Shown in pieces: positions 45,978 through 56,878 of a stretch of DNA of 64,000 bases (position 1 is its first letter; every line of letters begins with the position of its first letter). The position numbers were made by a program, and so were the translations under genes. Below the pieces are notes generated by a model. It was not told the DNA's origin. It did no database searches and was given only the letters and a program-made list of their open reading frames with translations. The stretch lies in the NCBI GenBank assembly GCA_027923505.1, contig BROI01000018.1, positions 62,001-126,000 of the forward strand, given 5' to 3'. Source of the DNA: Mayamaea pseudoterrestris (Eukaryota).

Positions 45978-48119
45978 TTACAGTAATAGCTCGACCTTGG
46001 CACCTACCTCGGCCGAAATTCCTTGCTCGAACAAAACCTTGCATTTTCCAGCTTTACCAAACGGACCAACAATAGCACCTTCCTCCTTGGTGCTCACTAC
46101 CAAGACTTTAGCACCGGCGCTGTCTTTGACATTGATCTCGGGAGCGAACAAGCCTGCAATAATGCCCTGATTATGCTTGCCGTTCGCCAACATGTCGCCC
46201 TTTACTGCTGAAACAGTGCCATGGCGACTTACTCCGTCGGGCAGCTTCTTGCTCTTCTTCACAGCTTCTATTCGTGCACCTGGTCGATCTGGTGGTAGCT
46301 GCATGTCTTGATGCATGCTTTTGGAAGGGTCGTGAGCGTAACGCTTGAAGCGGAGAATCAACGCATCACCCTGTCGAGCTTCCGTCCCTGCCGGAAAAAA
46401 CACCCGAAACATCCCGTCCGTTCCGTACGACGACTTGATTACACCAATATCTCCCTGCTCTGTCTCAATCTTCATGCCAACAAATGGTTTCATATTCGTC
46501 TCCTTCTTGAATAGACCAGAACCAAACACCTCGTATCGAACTACCTTGTCGTCGTCCGAGCGCTTGTGTGCATCGCCAAGACGGCCAATTGTTCCGCGTT
46601 TCTCTTTGGGTACATAGATGCGTAGCTCTGGTATATCTCGAATCGGGTCCAGAGCTTCGACTAGGCGTCCGGCGAACGAGAGGCGACAGGACGAGGTTGT
46701 GCCTGATGCATTATTGTCGACCGCGTCCAGTCGGGAACCAATGATGAGGCTGTGAATGGGACAATGCACTGGTGTCTGAAAATGGATAAACGCCCACTGA
46801 AGCGGAGGATTGTCGATTAATTTGCACGATGAACCTTCGATTTTCTCGACCAGATGTTCTTGTTGTAGATATTGTTGATTAAAATCGTATGACAAACGCG
46901 GCAGACCGGCAATGTCTGCTCCGCCACCAAGCGACGACGAATTTAATTGCTTCTTGTCGGCACATTTAGCAGCAGACTTAACAAGGTTGTTGCTGGCTAG
47001 TTGATCTTGCAACGTTTGTAGCTCCGAGGCGCCCCAGAAGGTGACATTCGCCATGACAGTCACATGGCCAACGGATATGTGAAACTTTGATCCACTAGGC
47101 AACAATCCATTGTAATACTTTATTCCACGAACGACTGCAATACCGCCTCTCCATACTTGAACAGCACCTGGACTTGCCGCGATTCCTCGTTCAAGCAGCT
47201 TGGCGTCCAAATTACTAACGCAAATTCCGGCGCGATCGCCTTGCTGTATTCTGGAAATTTGCCGTTTGAACATTTGCATAGACTTGACCTTGCGGTCCAG
47301 GCCAAGTGTCGGAAACTCCAACACGTCATTTACAGATACTTGTCCACTCAAAACGGTACCAGTCAGTACGGTGCCACGTCCTTTGAGCGCAAAGCAATGA
47401 TCAATGGAAAAGTAAAATGGGCCATCGGAAGAACGCTTGGGCACTGGAATGTTACTTTGTAACAGATTGACGAGCTTCTCCATATTTAACGACGCATGCT
47501 TCTCGACGGCTGCTAGACTTTCGTCAGTTGCAGCCGCCACCTTTTCACCTCCCACGCAGGCAGCAACATCGATGATGGGCGAATCTTTGAATCGTGAATT
47601 AGCCAATCGTATTCTTACCCGAGACGCAGCTGCTTGCAATTGCTCCTCTCGATCCGCTCCCACCAGTAAATCAGCCTTGTTTAGCGCAACAATCAGATAT
47701 GGCGACGTGAGTTCCGCCAAGACGAGACACTCGGTGGTTTGCGCCTGCCAACCTTTCTGTGCGTCCACAACGAGCAACACCAAGTCGACAATTTGTGCAC
47801 CTCCAATAATGGTTCTTATCAGGCTCGCATGTCCTGGACAATCCACTAGAGTCATTTGTAGCGCCGTCTTTTCAGGAAATGCAGTTTGCAAATGTGTCGG
47901 AAGGTTAAGGTAAAAACAGCTGAATCCAAGGTCGAGCGTCATGCCTCGATCGCGCGACTGTCGCGACTTGTCGAGGGCTGCCGTGCTGAGATGCGTCGAA
48001 AGCGCTTTCACCAAGGATGTTTTACCTGAGTCCACGTGGCCGAGGATTGCCAAGTTAATGTTGAGAATGGATTGAGGTTGAATGCTAGCATCGGCGGCAG
48101 GCAGGGTTGTAGCTGTCAT
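45978..48119 (-). CDS. EEFSEC: Selenocysteine-specific elongation factor
   Basis: GHVDSGKT, LSTAALDK..QSR.RGMTLDLGFS, LVDCPGHASLIRTIIGGAQI, QTTECL, CRLSFAG, LFKKETN. Confidence 0.93.
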   Translation of the reverse strand: MTATTLPAADASIQPQSILNINLAILGHVDSGKTSLVKALSTHLSTAALDKSRQSRDRGMTLDLGFSCFYLNLPTHLQTAFPEKTALQMTLVDCPGHASLIRTIIGGAQIVDLVLLVVDAQKGWQAQTTECLVLAELTSPYLIVALNKADLLVGADREEQLQAAASRVRIRLANSRFKDSPIIDVAACVGGEKVAAATDESLAAVEKHASLNMEKLVNLLQSNIPVPKRSSDGPFYFSIDHCFALKGRGTVLTGTVLSGQVSVNDVLEFPTLGLDRKVKSMQMFKRQISRIQQGDRAGICVSNLDAKLLERGIAASPGAVQVWRGGIAVVRGIKYYNGLLPSGSKFHISVGHVTVMANVTFWGASELQTLQDQLASNNLVKSAAKCADKKQLNSSSLGGGADIAGLPRLSYDFNQQYLQQEHLVEKIEGSSCKLIDNPPLQWAFIHFQTPVHCPIHSLIIGSRLDAVDNNASGTTSSCRLSFAGRLVEALDPIRDIPELRIYVPKEKRGTIGRLGDAHKRSDDDKVVRYEVFGSGLFKKETNMKPFVGMKIETEQGDIGVIKSSYGTDGMFRVFFPAGTEARQGDALILRFKRYAHDPSKSMHQDMQLPPDRPGARIEAVKKSKKLPDGVSRHGTVSAVKGDMLANGKHNQGIIAGLFAPEINVKDSAGAKVLVVSTKEEGAIVGPFGKAGKCKVLFEQGISAEVGAKVELLL

Positions 48120-48476
48120 TGTGACTGATCAGTGGCTGGATCTGCTTCAAATTGCTGGAGTACTGCTAAAATGCTAATCTTTCCAAAAGGCAGCTATCAA
48201 GTAATTGTAAATACCGATAGCAGCAGGATGAGAGAGTTGATGGTTGGACGAAAGAATAAAGTTGGATTGAAAACATCATGGTACGCGCGATGGCGCGGAT
48301 GGTCGGAGCGTTATTGGGTACCGGAACGACTTGAATGTGCCGGCGTTTATGAAACGGTCCATGCACGCCGGCATGGCTGATTGGAATCGCCGCCGATTCT
48401 CCAAACCGCGCGGAAACGCCCAATTCAGCTGCTCCATGATCGCATCCTGCTGAGGCAAAGCAAGTGTTTAAACACC

Positions 48477-50395
48477 ATGCGAAGACAAAACGAATCATCC
48501 CCTGCCACCACTCCAAACGGTAGATCATCCTACAAGCGCAGCAGTCGTTTCAGCAGTCGACAAATCCAAACTTCGCCTTCGACTGACCACGAGTTGGAGC
48601 GAAAGTACGATTTGACGCCAGTCAATGACAAGAAAGCTGGAGGCGAAGTGTCTGATGGCTTATTCGTTGATCCATGGGAGAATGAAAAGAGACTTTGGGA
48701 GCAAGAGGAAGCAACTGGACTCATTTTACCAAGGTCAGTGCATGCAAAATGACAGCTCCACTCGACTGGACCTTCGTCGCACCTCGCCTCTCACCGCCGA
48801 CGCCTCTCTTTCCACCAAAATATTCCAGTTCACCAGCATCGCCATCCGTATACATTGAACAGACCGATACGTCTGAAGGTGGCGAGGATGATGACAGTTT
48901 TGGACCGGAGGAACGCGACAGGCAGCACTCCTCCGTCTTTTTAGGGCCGCATGATATTCATCCAAACATGGAGGACAATGCGAATGACATTGATCAACTG
49001 CGCCTATTGGCAGGAAAGCTTTCGACCGAATGGCAGCCTGGATCCATGGCAGCTCCTGCACTATTGCGGTAAGTGAGATGCACTTTCCTTGAGTATAACG
49101 CAATGCATGATGGCAGGCAGCACTCACTAAATTATTTTTCTTTCGCCAGTCGCATTCGAGACTTTCAATTCGCCCAAGAGAAACGACGCAAGAAATACGG
49201 AGATGAAAAGCCATGGGGCATTCTTGGCTTGTACGAACACTTGAGTTCCATTCGCATTGATGTAGAATGGGCTGAAGATCAAGCTTGGCGACGTTCCAAT
49301 GGATTGCCGTATATGTCGTGGGCAGAGTTTGATGAAAGGAAGACTGGTGGCAGCAATCGGCCCTACTTCACCTACCTACTTTTGGTCGTTTGTACCGGAA
49401 TGCTCGTTGCCTCCATTGCTGTCAATGGATGGAAGGTGGCGCCCATTTCAGAGAATCCCATGATTGGACCGAGCGCTCAAACACTCATTGTCATGGGAGC
49501 AAAGGACACCGCCTTGATTGTGAACGAGAATGAAGGATGGAGATTGATTAGCTGCACGGTGCTTCATGCTGGATTGGTACATTTCTTTATCAATATGCTT
49601 GCTCTTTGGTTTGTAGGAGGTGCCATTGAAACGAACCACGGTTGGATCGCAGCCATTATTATCTTTATCATTTCGGCCGTTGGAGGTTCCATCTTTAGCG
49701 CCCTTTTCCTGCCCGGCTACATTACCGTCGGGGCATCGGGAGGTATATTTGGGTTCATTGGAGCTTGCTTGGCAGATATTGTCATGAACTGGAAGCTTTT
49801 GTTTTGCGACTTTGTGACGGAACATCGCGAGAAGCAGAGCCATATTATGGTTGTGGCGATACTAGTTGTTGACATTCTCCTCAATTGCATCATTGGCTTG
49901 ACTCCATACGTTGACAATTTTACGCATTTGTCTGGCTTGGTGTACGGATTCTTATGCGGCATGAGCACCATGGAACGGTTGAGCACAGATTTCTTTGGAT
50001 TGGAGGAAGCGTGGACGACTCGAGCGAAGCACTTCGTCATGCGCTTCTTTGGGATTATAATGAGCTTGACAACCATCATTATCACTCTTGTCGTCTTGTT
50101 GCAAGGTGACGGAGAAAGCTCGCCGTGTCCAAAGTGCCTCTACATTTCCTGCGTGCCCTTTCCACCGTGGCGCGATGACAAGTGGTGGTACTGTGACGAT
50201 TGCGGGCAAGTGACGGCCGACCTTGTACAAGAGCCTCAGCTGCACTTGGATTTGTACTGCCCTGCGGGAGACATGGCGTCGGTCATGTTGAGCAATGCAA
50301 CGGATGTGTCGCGACCGACACTGCAAAAGAAGTTGCCATCATACTGTCGAGATTTCTGTCCTGAAATGCTTGACAACGGCGGGCGCTACTTTTAA
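48477..50395 (+). CDS. Rhomboid intramembrane serine protease; introns 48734-48828, 49069-49149
   Basis: ENPMIGPS, EGWRL, LHAG..H...NM, VGASG, VDNFTHL.G. Both introns restore frame. Confidence 0.88.
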
Positions 50396-50433
50396 TGACG
50401 AGTAAGTCATAATAGTACTATTAAGTCAACTTG

Positions 50434-51573
50434 TCAAATATTATCTGCGCTGCCAGTAGGATCTGCTTCTTGTTGACGAGGGTGTTGTCTACTCACTCCA
50501 TGTCCTTGGCGCTTTTCGCGATGGAGCAAAAACTCACTCGGACAAGGAGCGCCTCCTCCTTCCTCGTTGGCCTGCCTCCGCTTGTCACCAGCCCAGCCTG
50601 CTACTTCTCCAGCAGGTCGTATGACGGCCATGAGAGCCGCTGGTGGATGAGCCGCAATGTGTTCGGCAATCATGTCGGCCGCTTGAAGCTGGGCGGAGTG
50701 CAAAGCTGTTTGAAGTGCAACAATGTTGCTCTCGCCAGTGACATTTTCTAAATGTAATTTACCATTCAATGTGCGCTTCTGTTGAAGGAGAAAGCGGCCC
50801 ATGGCGTTCATGTCGACGGGTGCTAAGGAACTAGTCAAGCCAACGTTTTCATGCGATATGTCGCGCACTCTCTCAAGGACTGTTCCGCCAAACTGCGCCA
50901 CGAGCAAGGACTGGCAGTGGTTCAACTCGACTGCAGGCTTCTCACTTAATAAAACATGCAGACACTGCATTGAATCTTGTAGACGTGTCGATTCCTGAAG
51001 CAAAAGATGCGATTCCGTCTGATAATCATGAACAAAAATGGCAAGGCGCGGTGGTGGAAAGGTTGTTGGCAGCAAACTAAAGAGACTCGCAATGGCAGCT
51101 CCCTGTCCAACAGCAAGTATACCAATGAAAGGCGAGCTTGCCCACAGTTGCTGCAACAAGAGTAGGCTGGCGTCCAAGCCAGGGTATGAGTGTTGATGTT
51201 GCTGCTGTTCGTGTCTCTCGGAGGAGCTCTTCATTAACTGACCATCTTCGGCAGAAACATGTTCAACATCAGCTTCGACGCCGCCTTCGTCTTCCTTGTC
51301 AAAAATGCAATTGACGCCTGAAAATTGTTGAGAATGATAGCTGTCATTGCTCTCATGCCACCATACGCGCTTTGGAGTTACATCATCATCCGCAGACGAA
51401 GACGACAATCCATTCGTGTCGACGACGACCAATGGCGAGTTTACAAAGACAAGATCAATGCCATGATTCAAATATAGCCGCTCTCCCAAGAGCTTAAGCG
51501 ATTCCTTTAGCTCTGTCGCATTACTGCGGGCGTCGTGCAGGCAAAGAATGCGAAGGATTGGAGCAAAGGCCAT
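50434..51573 (-). CDS. FSH1/OVCA2-like serine hydrolase fold protein lacking the nucleophile Ser
   Basis: LRILCLH....N, LVFVNSP, R.WW, GLDASL, GILAVGQGA in place of GFSQGA. Confidence 0.7.
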   Translation of the reverse strand: MAFAPILRILCLHDARSNATELKESLKLLGERLYLNHGIDLVFVNSPLVVVDTNGLSSSSADDDVTPKRVWWHESNDSYHSQQFSGVNCIFDKEDEGGVEADVEHVSAEDGQLMKSSSERHEQQQHQHSYPGLDASLLLLQQLWASSPFIGILAVGQGAAIASLFSLLPTTFPPPRLAIFVHDYQTESHLLLQESTRLQDSMQCLHVLLSEKPAVELNHCQSLLVAQFGGTVLERVRDISHENVGLTSSLAPVDMNAMGRFLLQQKRTLNGKLHLENVTGESNIVALQTALHSAQLQAADMIAEHIAAHPPAALMAVIRPAGEVAGWAGDKRRQANEEGGGAPCPSEFLLHREKRQGHGVSRQHPRQQEADPTGSADNI

Positions 51574-51759
51574 GCTGATTGATGATTGATCGACGAATGA
51601 CGGGTGAGTGTGTGGAATGCAAAATAATGTGTGACAAGAAATCGCACCGGTACCAAATGCGACACGGATCCACGAGGATCGCACAATTCCATGCATTCTT
51701 GACATTGTTACATTCGTCTCCCTACACTGCTAGTCTTTTGTCAATTGAGTGCTGCTAAT

Positions 51760-52520
51760 ATGTCTGAAGAAGACACTCAGGATGATAATGAGCTAAGGGA
51801 GGCCCACGACCGCCTTGCCAAGCTTTCCATGGATTCTGATATCTCGGGGATCCGATTAATAAGTTACAAGGACGAATCGCAGCTACATCATGTCATGAAA
51901 CTCGTTGGAGACGACTTGTCAGAGCCATATTCGAGTGAGTGTAGTATCGATACGAAATGATTGAGCATTCAAGTCTTGCTTTCGCCATCAATCATTTGTC
52001 GCATTAGCTCATTCATTGCTCGTTTCCCTTCCAAATTTTAGTCTTCACTTATCGCTATTTCCTCTATCGTTTCCCGTATCTATGCATACTTGCCGTCCCT
52101 GAAGGACAGGATACTCCCATTGGATGCGTTGTCGCCAAAATTGATGAGGAGGATATTTCCATTGCTCCATCGCAAACCGTCAACGATTCGTCGCAGCAGC
52201 AACAGACAAACACGACCGTTCTCACTGGATACATTGGCATGCTCACCGTTTCGGAGCAATATCGACGGCAAGGAATTGGAAAGACGCTTGTAAGGATGGT
52301 CATTCATCGTTTGAGAGCGTTGGGATGTACATCAGTTACTCTTGAGACGGAGGTTACCAATGTGCATGCGCAGAAACTGTACCAAGATACATTTGGATTC
52401 ATTCGGGAAGAGTTATTGGAGAAGTATTACTTGAATTGGAACGATGCTTATCGACTCCGGTTGTGGTTTGACGTTTCGGCTGATCAAGGGCAACCGGGAA
52501 CTATTGGAGCAGTGAGGTAA
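51760..52520 (+). CDS. NAA30: NatC catalytic subunit N-alpha-acetyltransferase; intron 51935-52041
   Basis: Spliced DLSEPYSIFTYRYF; GYIGML.V...YRRQGIG; LETEVTN..A..LY; YYLNWNDAYRL. Confidence 0.9.
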
Positions 52521-52824
52521 AGTTGTCTGCAATGGTTGTTGTTACGGCAGCTGATGCGCTATAGGCTATCAGAATACCATTACATGACATGGTACAATGA
52601 GTACGCAATCGCAGCAATGAAATGCTAGCAGTGTAAATTACTAACGTCTGCGGCAGACGACCGTTCGTCGTAATATGCTTGTGACATTATGGTAATCTTC
52701 ATTCGTAGCGACACTATTTTAAAAAGACTATTTACTTTGGTCATGAGCCATCAATCAATCGAGCCGCTCGCTTTGCTTATTATTTCTTCCTTCTACGTGA
52801 CGAAAGCGTCGCGTGCACATCATT

Positions 52825-54006
52825 TCATGAGGACTGTTGCGGTCCAGTCGTCATGGCAGCCTTTCCACTCGTGTCGACATTGGAGACACGCTTTTGATGA
52901 CCATGCCGGCCACGGTACTTGCGCTGAATCTGGTAAAAAATGACCCCAAACACCAAGACAGCACCAAGTGCGCTCGCGGCCGATATCTTGTGCCCGAAAA
53001 TGACGGCCGAAATGCAAATCGAGATTAATTGCCGCGTCGTCATGATAACGGTAAACACCACTGGACCAAACTCCTTGATGCAAACGAAAATACAGAGCTG
53101 CCCCGTCGCCGAGGTAATGGCCGTGATGATATTGTATTTGAGTGCCACTGGATTCGCTGCGAGAAACTCCATGACCACCGGTACATCGCCACTAACAATC
53201 AAACCAACCGTCGTGATAATAATGGCCGAAATATTCACGCCAAGCATCATTTGATACTGATCGACATTGTTGCGCCCATACTGCGAGTATACCTTGTCCT
53301 GCCACTGCGACGTGAAGGAGTCGAAGCAAACGTACATGAGCAAAAAGATCAAGCCCAAAAATTCGGTGGACTTTCCAGAATCGCCCGACTTGGACAGGAC
53401 CGAAAAGATTGCCACTCCAATGGTGATCAGCAAAGCTTCCACATATTGCGACCAAGGATAGGACGATCCCTTGAGCAGCTTGCCCATGATCATGACTGGA
53501 ATAATCTTGGAACTCTTGAATACCGTCTGCACCGGAAAGGAAACATACTTGAGCGAGGCATACTGACTCCAACTGCTCACAGTGTTGCTGAGTGCACATG
53601 GCGTAAATGAAAAGAGCGGTGCTACATTGTTCGAGAAGAATGCGCCGTGCTTGATGCGAACGGCAATGAGAGCGACAATGACTGCCAAAAATCGATTAGA
53701 AAAGACGCAAAAGGCAGCGGACGGAAAGCGACCGCTCGGTACCTGAGGAGTCGGATTAAACTCTGTTGTCATGATGAGTTCCTGCATATACCCCCAAGTA
53801 AGGTAGGAAGCTTGTAGCGAGATAAAGCAAAGAAGAAACTTAAAAGCCGTTTTGAAGAACTCGGGGTTTTGCGGACAGTGCGTCGCAAAAAAGACGTCCA
53901 TGTAGTTTTCAAACGACGAGAGAGGAGCTGGCGAGCCGAGAGGGACTTCTCGAATAATTTTTGGTTCCAGTTTGCTTTCACTTGAATCTCCTAGCAGGGG
54001 TCTCAT
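52825..54006 (-). CDS. SLC35B (UAA family) nucleotide-sugar/PAPS transporter
   Basis: YLTWGYMQE.IMT, VFSNRF, SSWSQY.SLKYVSFPVQTVFKSSKIIPVM, FDSFTSQWQ, IMTTRQ. Confidence 0.88.
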   Translation of the reverse strand: MRPLLGDSSESKLEPKIIREVPLGSPAPLSSFENYMDVFFATHCPQNPEFFKTAFKFLLCFISLQASYLTWGYMQELIMTTEFNPTPQVPSGRFPSAAFCVFSNRFLAVIVALIAVRIKHGAFFSNNVAPLFSFTPCALSNTVSSWSQYASLKYVSFPVQTVFKSSKIIPVMIMGKLLKGSSYPWSQYVEALLITIGVAIFSVLSKSGDSGKSTEFLGLIFLLMYVCFDSFTSQWQDKVYSQYGRNNVDQYQMMLGVNISAIIITTVGLIVSGDVPVVMEFLAANPVALKYNIITAITSATGQLCIFVCIKEFGPVVFTVIMTTRQLISICISAVIFGHKISAASALGAVLVFGVIFYQIQRKYRGRHGHQKRVSNVDTSGKAAMTTGPQQSS

Positions 54007-54514
54007 TTGGCTGCAGGGAAGGTGCGAGGTGCGAGGGTAAGCGGGGCTTAGTGAGTACCGGTGGATGAACTGTTGATAAACCAACGAACAAATGCGCTCA
54101 ATCAATGCAAACTCACATCCCATCCTCTCCGCCCGACCCTCCAGGCGCATCAAGTTTGACTGCTTGCTTCGCCATGGTCATTGAGTTACTATGACCACTG
54201 TGGTTGCTGATACTTTGTTCAGAATCAAAACTATTCGAGTGGAGCTTGCGACGCGCAAAATTCATTCGCCTTCGAAACACAACTACCAATACCAGAAAGA
54301 CTACGGAGACTATCGAATGATGGATACAAGCGCTGCAAACAGCAAAGCCTTGATCAGATTCTCAACAGCTTCGACGGTCGTCGGATTGCTTGGACTTTTA
54401 TGCGCGAGGTCGAATGGCGATGGCGAGGGAGCGAGGCGCTCGTTATCGTTGCACGCGCGCGTGAGTGCAACGGTTCAAAGAATGTACCAGTGCGATTTCA
54501 ATCTAGCCAATCAA

Positions 54515-55312
54515 ATGACAAGGTATTACCAATCACATTGCAGTCCACTGAGACACCAGCCAGTCCATAAACTTAACTTGAAACAAGGATGCTAGCACCA
54601 TTCTGGCTTGATTTGGGCATACATATGGCTCAAGGAATGGGTATTTGAAAAGCATGGCAGCTGCTGGCTGAGACTGGTGACAAGTTATCACCAATAACAT
54701 TGCAGTCTATTAAGACATTAACCAGGCATACCATTTTGTAGCGCAGCCTGAATAATGATGTTGGCACCATTCTGGAGTGATTTGGGTGTAGAAAAGGCAC
54801 GTTATATGGGCAATTGAATGTCAAGGCATCTCCAGGCTGAGACTGGTGACAACTTGTCACCAGTCACATTGCGGTCTACCGAGACATTAACCAGGCATAC
54901 CATTCTCTAGCACAGCCTGAATAATGATGTTGGCTACATTCTGGAGTGATTTGGGTGTAGAAAAGGCATGTTATATGGGCAATTGAATGTCAAGGCATCG
55001 CCAGGCTGAGACTGGTGACAAGTTATCACCAATCACATTGCAGTCTACTGAGACATTAATTAGGCATACCATTTTCTAGCGCAGCCTGAAAAATGATGTT
55101 GGCACCATTCTGGAGTGATTTGGGTGTAGACATGGCATGCTATAGGGGCAATTGAATGTCAAGGCATCTCTGGGCTGAGACTGGTGACAAGTTGTCACCA
55201 ATCACATTGCCGTCTACTGAGACACCAGCCAGGCATACCACCTTGTAGCGCAACCTAAATAATGTTGTTGGCACCATTCTGGTGTGATTTGGGTGTAGAC
55301 ATGGGCAAGTTA
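54515..55312. repeat. 169-bp tandem repeat, ~4 copies plus a degenerate leading copy, palindrome-bearing
   Basis: gactggtgacaa at 54672, 54841, 55010, 55179. Confidence 0.95.
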
Positions 55313-55690
55313 TAGCACCATGGAGCTGGTTACTGTGTGGATGTCTGCCCTCCCAAACGACAGATGCTGCACATGAGCTGGGAATGATTGTTATGCAGCA
55401 ATCTCATTGCATATGTATCCCCAAGCATAGCCAGAACAGAATTCATGGAACAAGACAATTGGATGTAGTCTTTGAAGGCCACACACTGTAGCACCATGGT
55501 GCTAGCTATTGTGTGGCCATCTGCCCTCCCAAACAACGGATGCTACATATGAGCTGGGAATGATTGTTATGCATCAATCTCACTGCACATGTGTCCCCAA
55601 ACATAGCCAGGACAGTATAAATGGAACAAGACTATTGGGGGTAGACTTTGAAGGCCACACTCTGTAGCATCATGTAGCAAGCTGGTTGTG
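55313..55690. repeat. 176-bp tandem repeat, ~2.1 copies
   Basis: tagca(c/t)catg at 55313, 55489, 55665; internal tctgccctcccaaac and gagctgggaatgattgttatgca are duplicated. Confidence 0.92.
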
Positions 55691-56024
55691 GTAGGATATA
55701 TCCGGACATGCTTGATGCCATGGTTGTGGTGCATGCAAAGACCCCTAATAATAAACATGCTAGCTATCCCAAACACATTGCTTTACTTTAGATATTTGCT
55801 CTCAAAAAGCCATCAATTACTACTCAATTACTGCAATCTCTGGCCTCTACTTCTGTTTATATAAACTAAAATTGTTGGCACCGACCCATTAAATGGTTGC
55901 TTTGAAGGCCAGTGCTGTTGTGACTGTGACTACTGCTTGACAGTCTTTGTGCATACGGAGCGCACAAAGGTCTGCAGGCTATGTGAAACCATTGATCCTA
56001 CCACCTCCCTGCCCTGCGGATGTG

Positions 56025-56115
56025 TTTGCTTACTACGAATCTCCCTCTGAATTCTTAGAGTTCTTTGTAGCACTTGCTCCAAGGAACATGGCAATTGTCT
56101 TGAGTTGTCCACTGA
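56025..56115 (-). pseudogene. Inverted decayed fragment of the HA-domain gene at 59458 (end of exon 1 plus splice donor)
   Basis: Reverse complement tcagtggacaactc...catgttccttggagcaagtgctacaaagaa...gagattcgtagtaagcaaa matches 59796-59885. Confidence 0.85.
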
Positions 56116-56878
56116 GATCATCTACAAGTGTGCACCATTTCGTATCATGATAACTCCAGCTGCATCTTCACACAAGCTGACGTCATGTTTTTCTTTTGCA
56201 TGCGACCTTTTTCTTTTCACGAAATACCTTCTACCGGTACGACGTCTTTGCAAGCCGTGAATAGCGAGCGTCCCGACGGTTATAATTTTCCCGATGATGA
56301 CGCCAGTACACGTACAGTATATATATACTTACGTCAGTCTTCCCAACTGGCTAACGATGATTGGTTGACGATCTCATCATGTCCGGAAGAACTTGGTCGA
56401 TATGCGAGACTATTCCCACTATGCAGGTTATAGTGGGTTTTAGTATAAGCCAAAATGTACTATTTTCCGTGCGAGGGTCTTCCACTGGCCGTTGAATGTT
56501 GAAGTGTATGATCGCTGACACCCATTCGGAGATGGAATTCGTCACTTCGTGATTTGCCGCGCGCGTGCCTCCAGTGCGGATTTTTCAAGCGCCGCATGGT
56601 GATTTTTACAATCGTGCCACCTCTCATTCCATAACAGGCGTTCACAAGCTTACAGGTATTCATCTTGAATCGACGGTACGTCGCCTTTCATGAGGATGAG
56701 CATGAAGTATTTAATACAATGATGAAATACGGCAGTCAACCGTAACATTGCATTGAACGTTTACTATAACAAAAGCTGCGACTTGATTGTCTCTCTCACA
56801 TTCGCGGATGTTCTATCTCGTTTTGAAGCATTCAACACAGTCAACTGACTTATCAAACTACTACGCCAAGCCAATAAA

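Noticed and set aside
48381..49150. Apparent frameshifts or pseudogene in the rhomboid 5' region (similarly NAA30, GH81, SP-RING)
   Set aside because: Resolved by canonical in-phase GT-AG introns.
54191..54595. 134-aa ORF
   Set aside because: No recognisable motif and it runs into the degenerate repeat; likely promoter or intergenic sequence.
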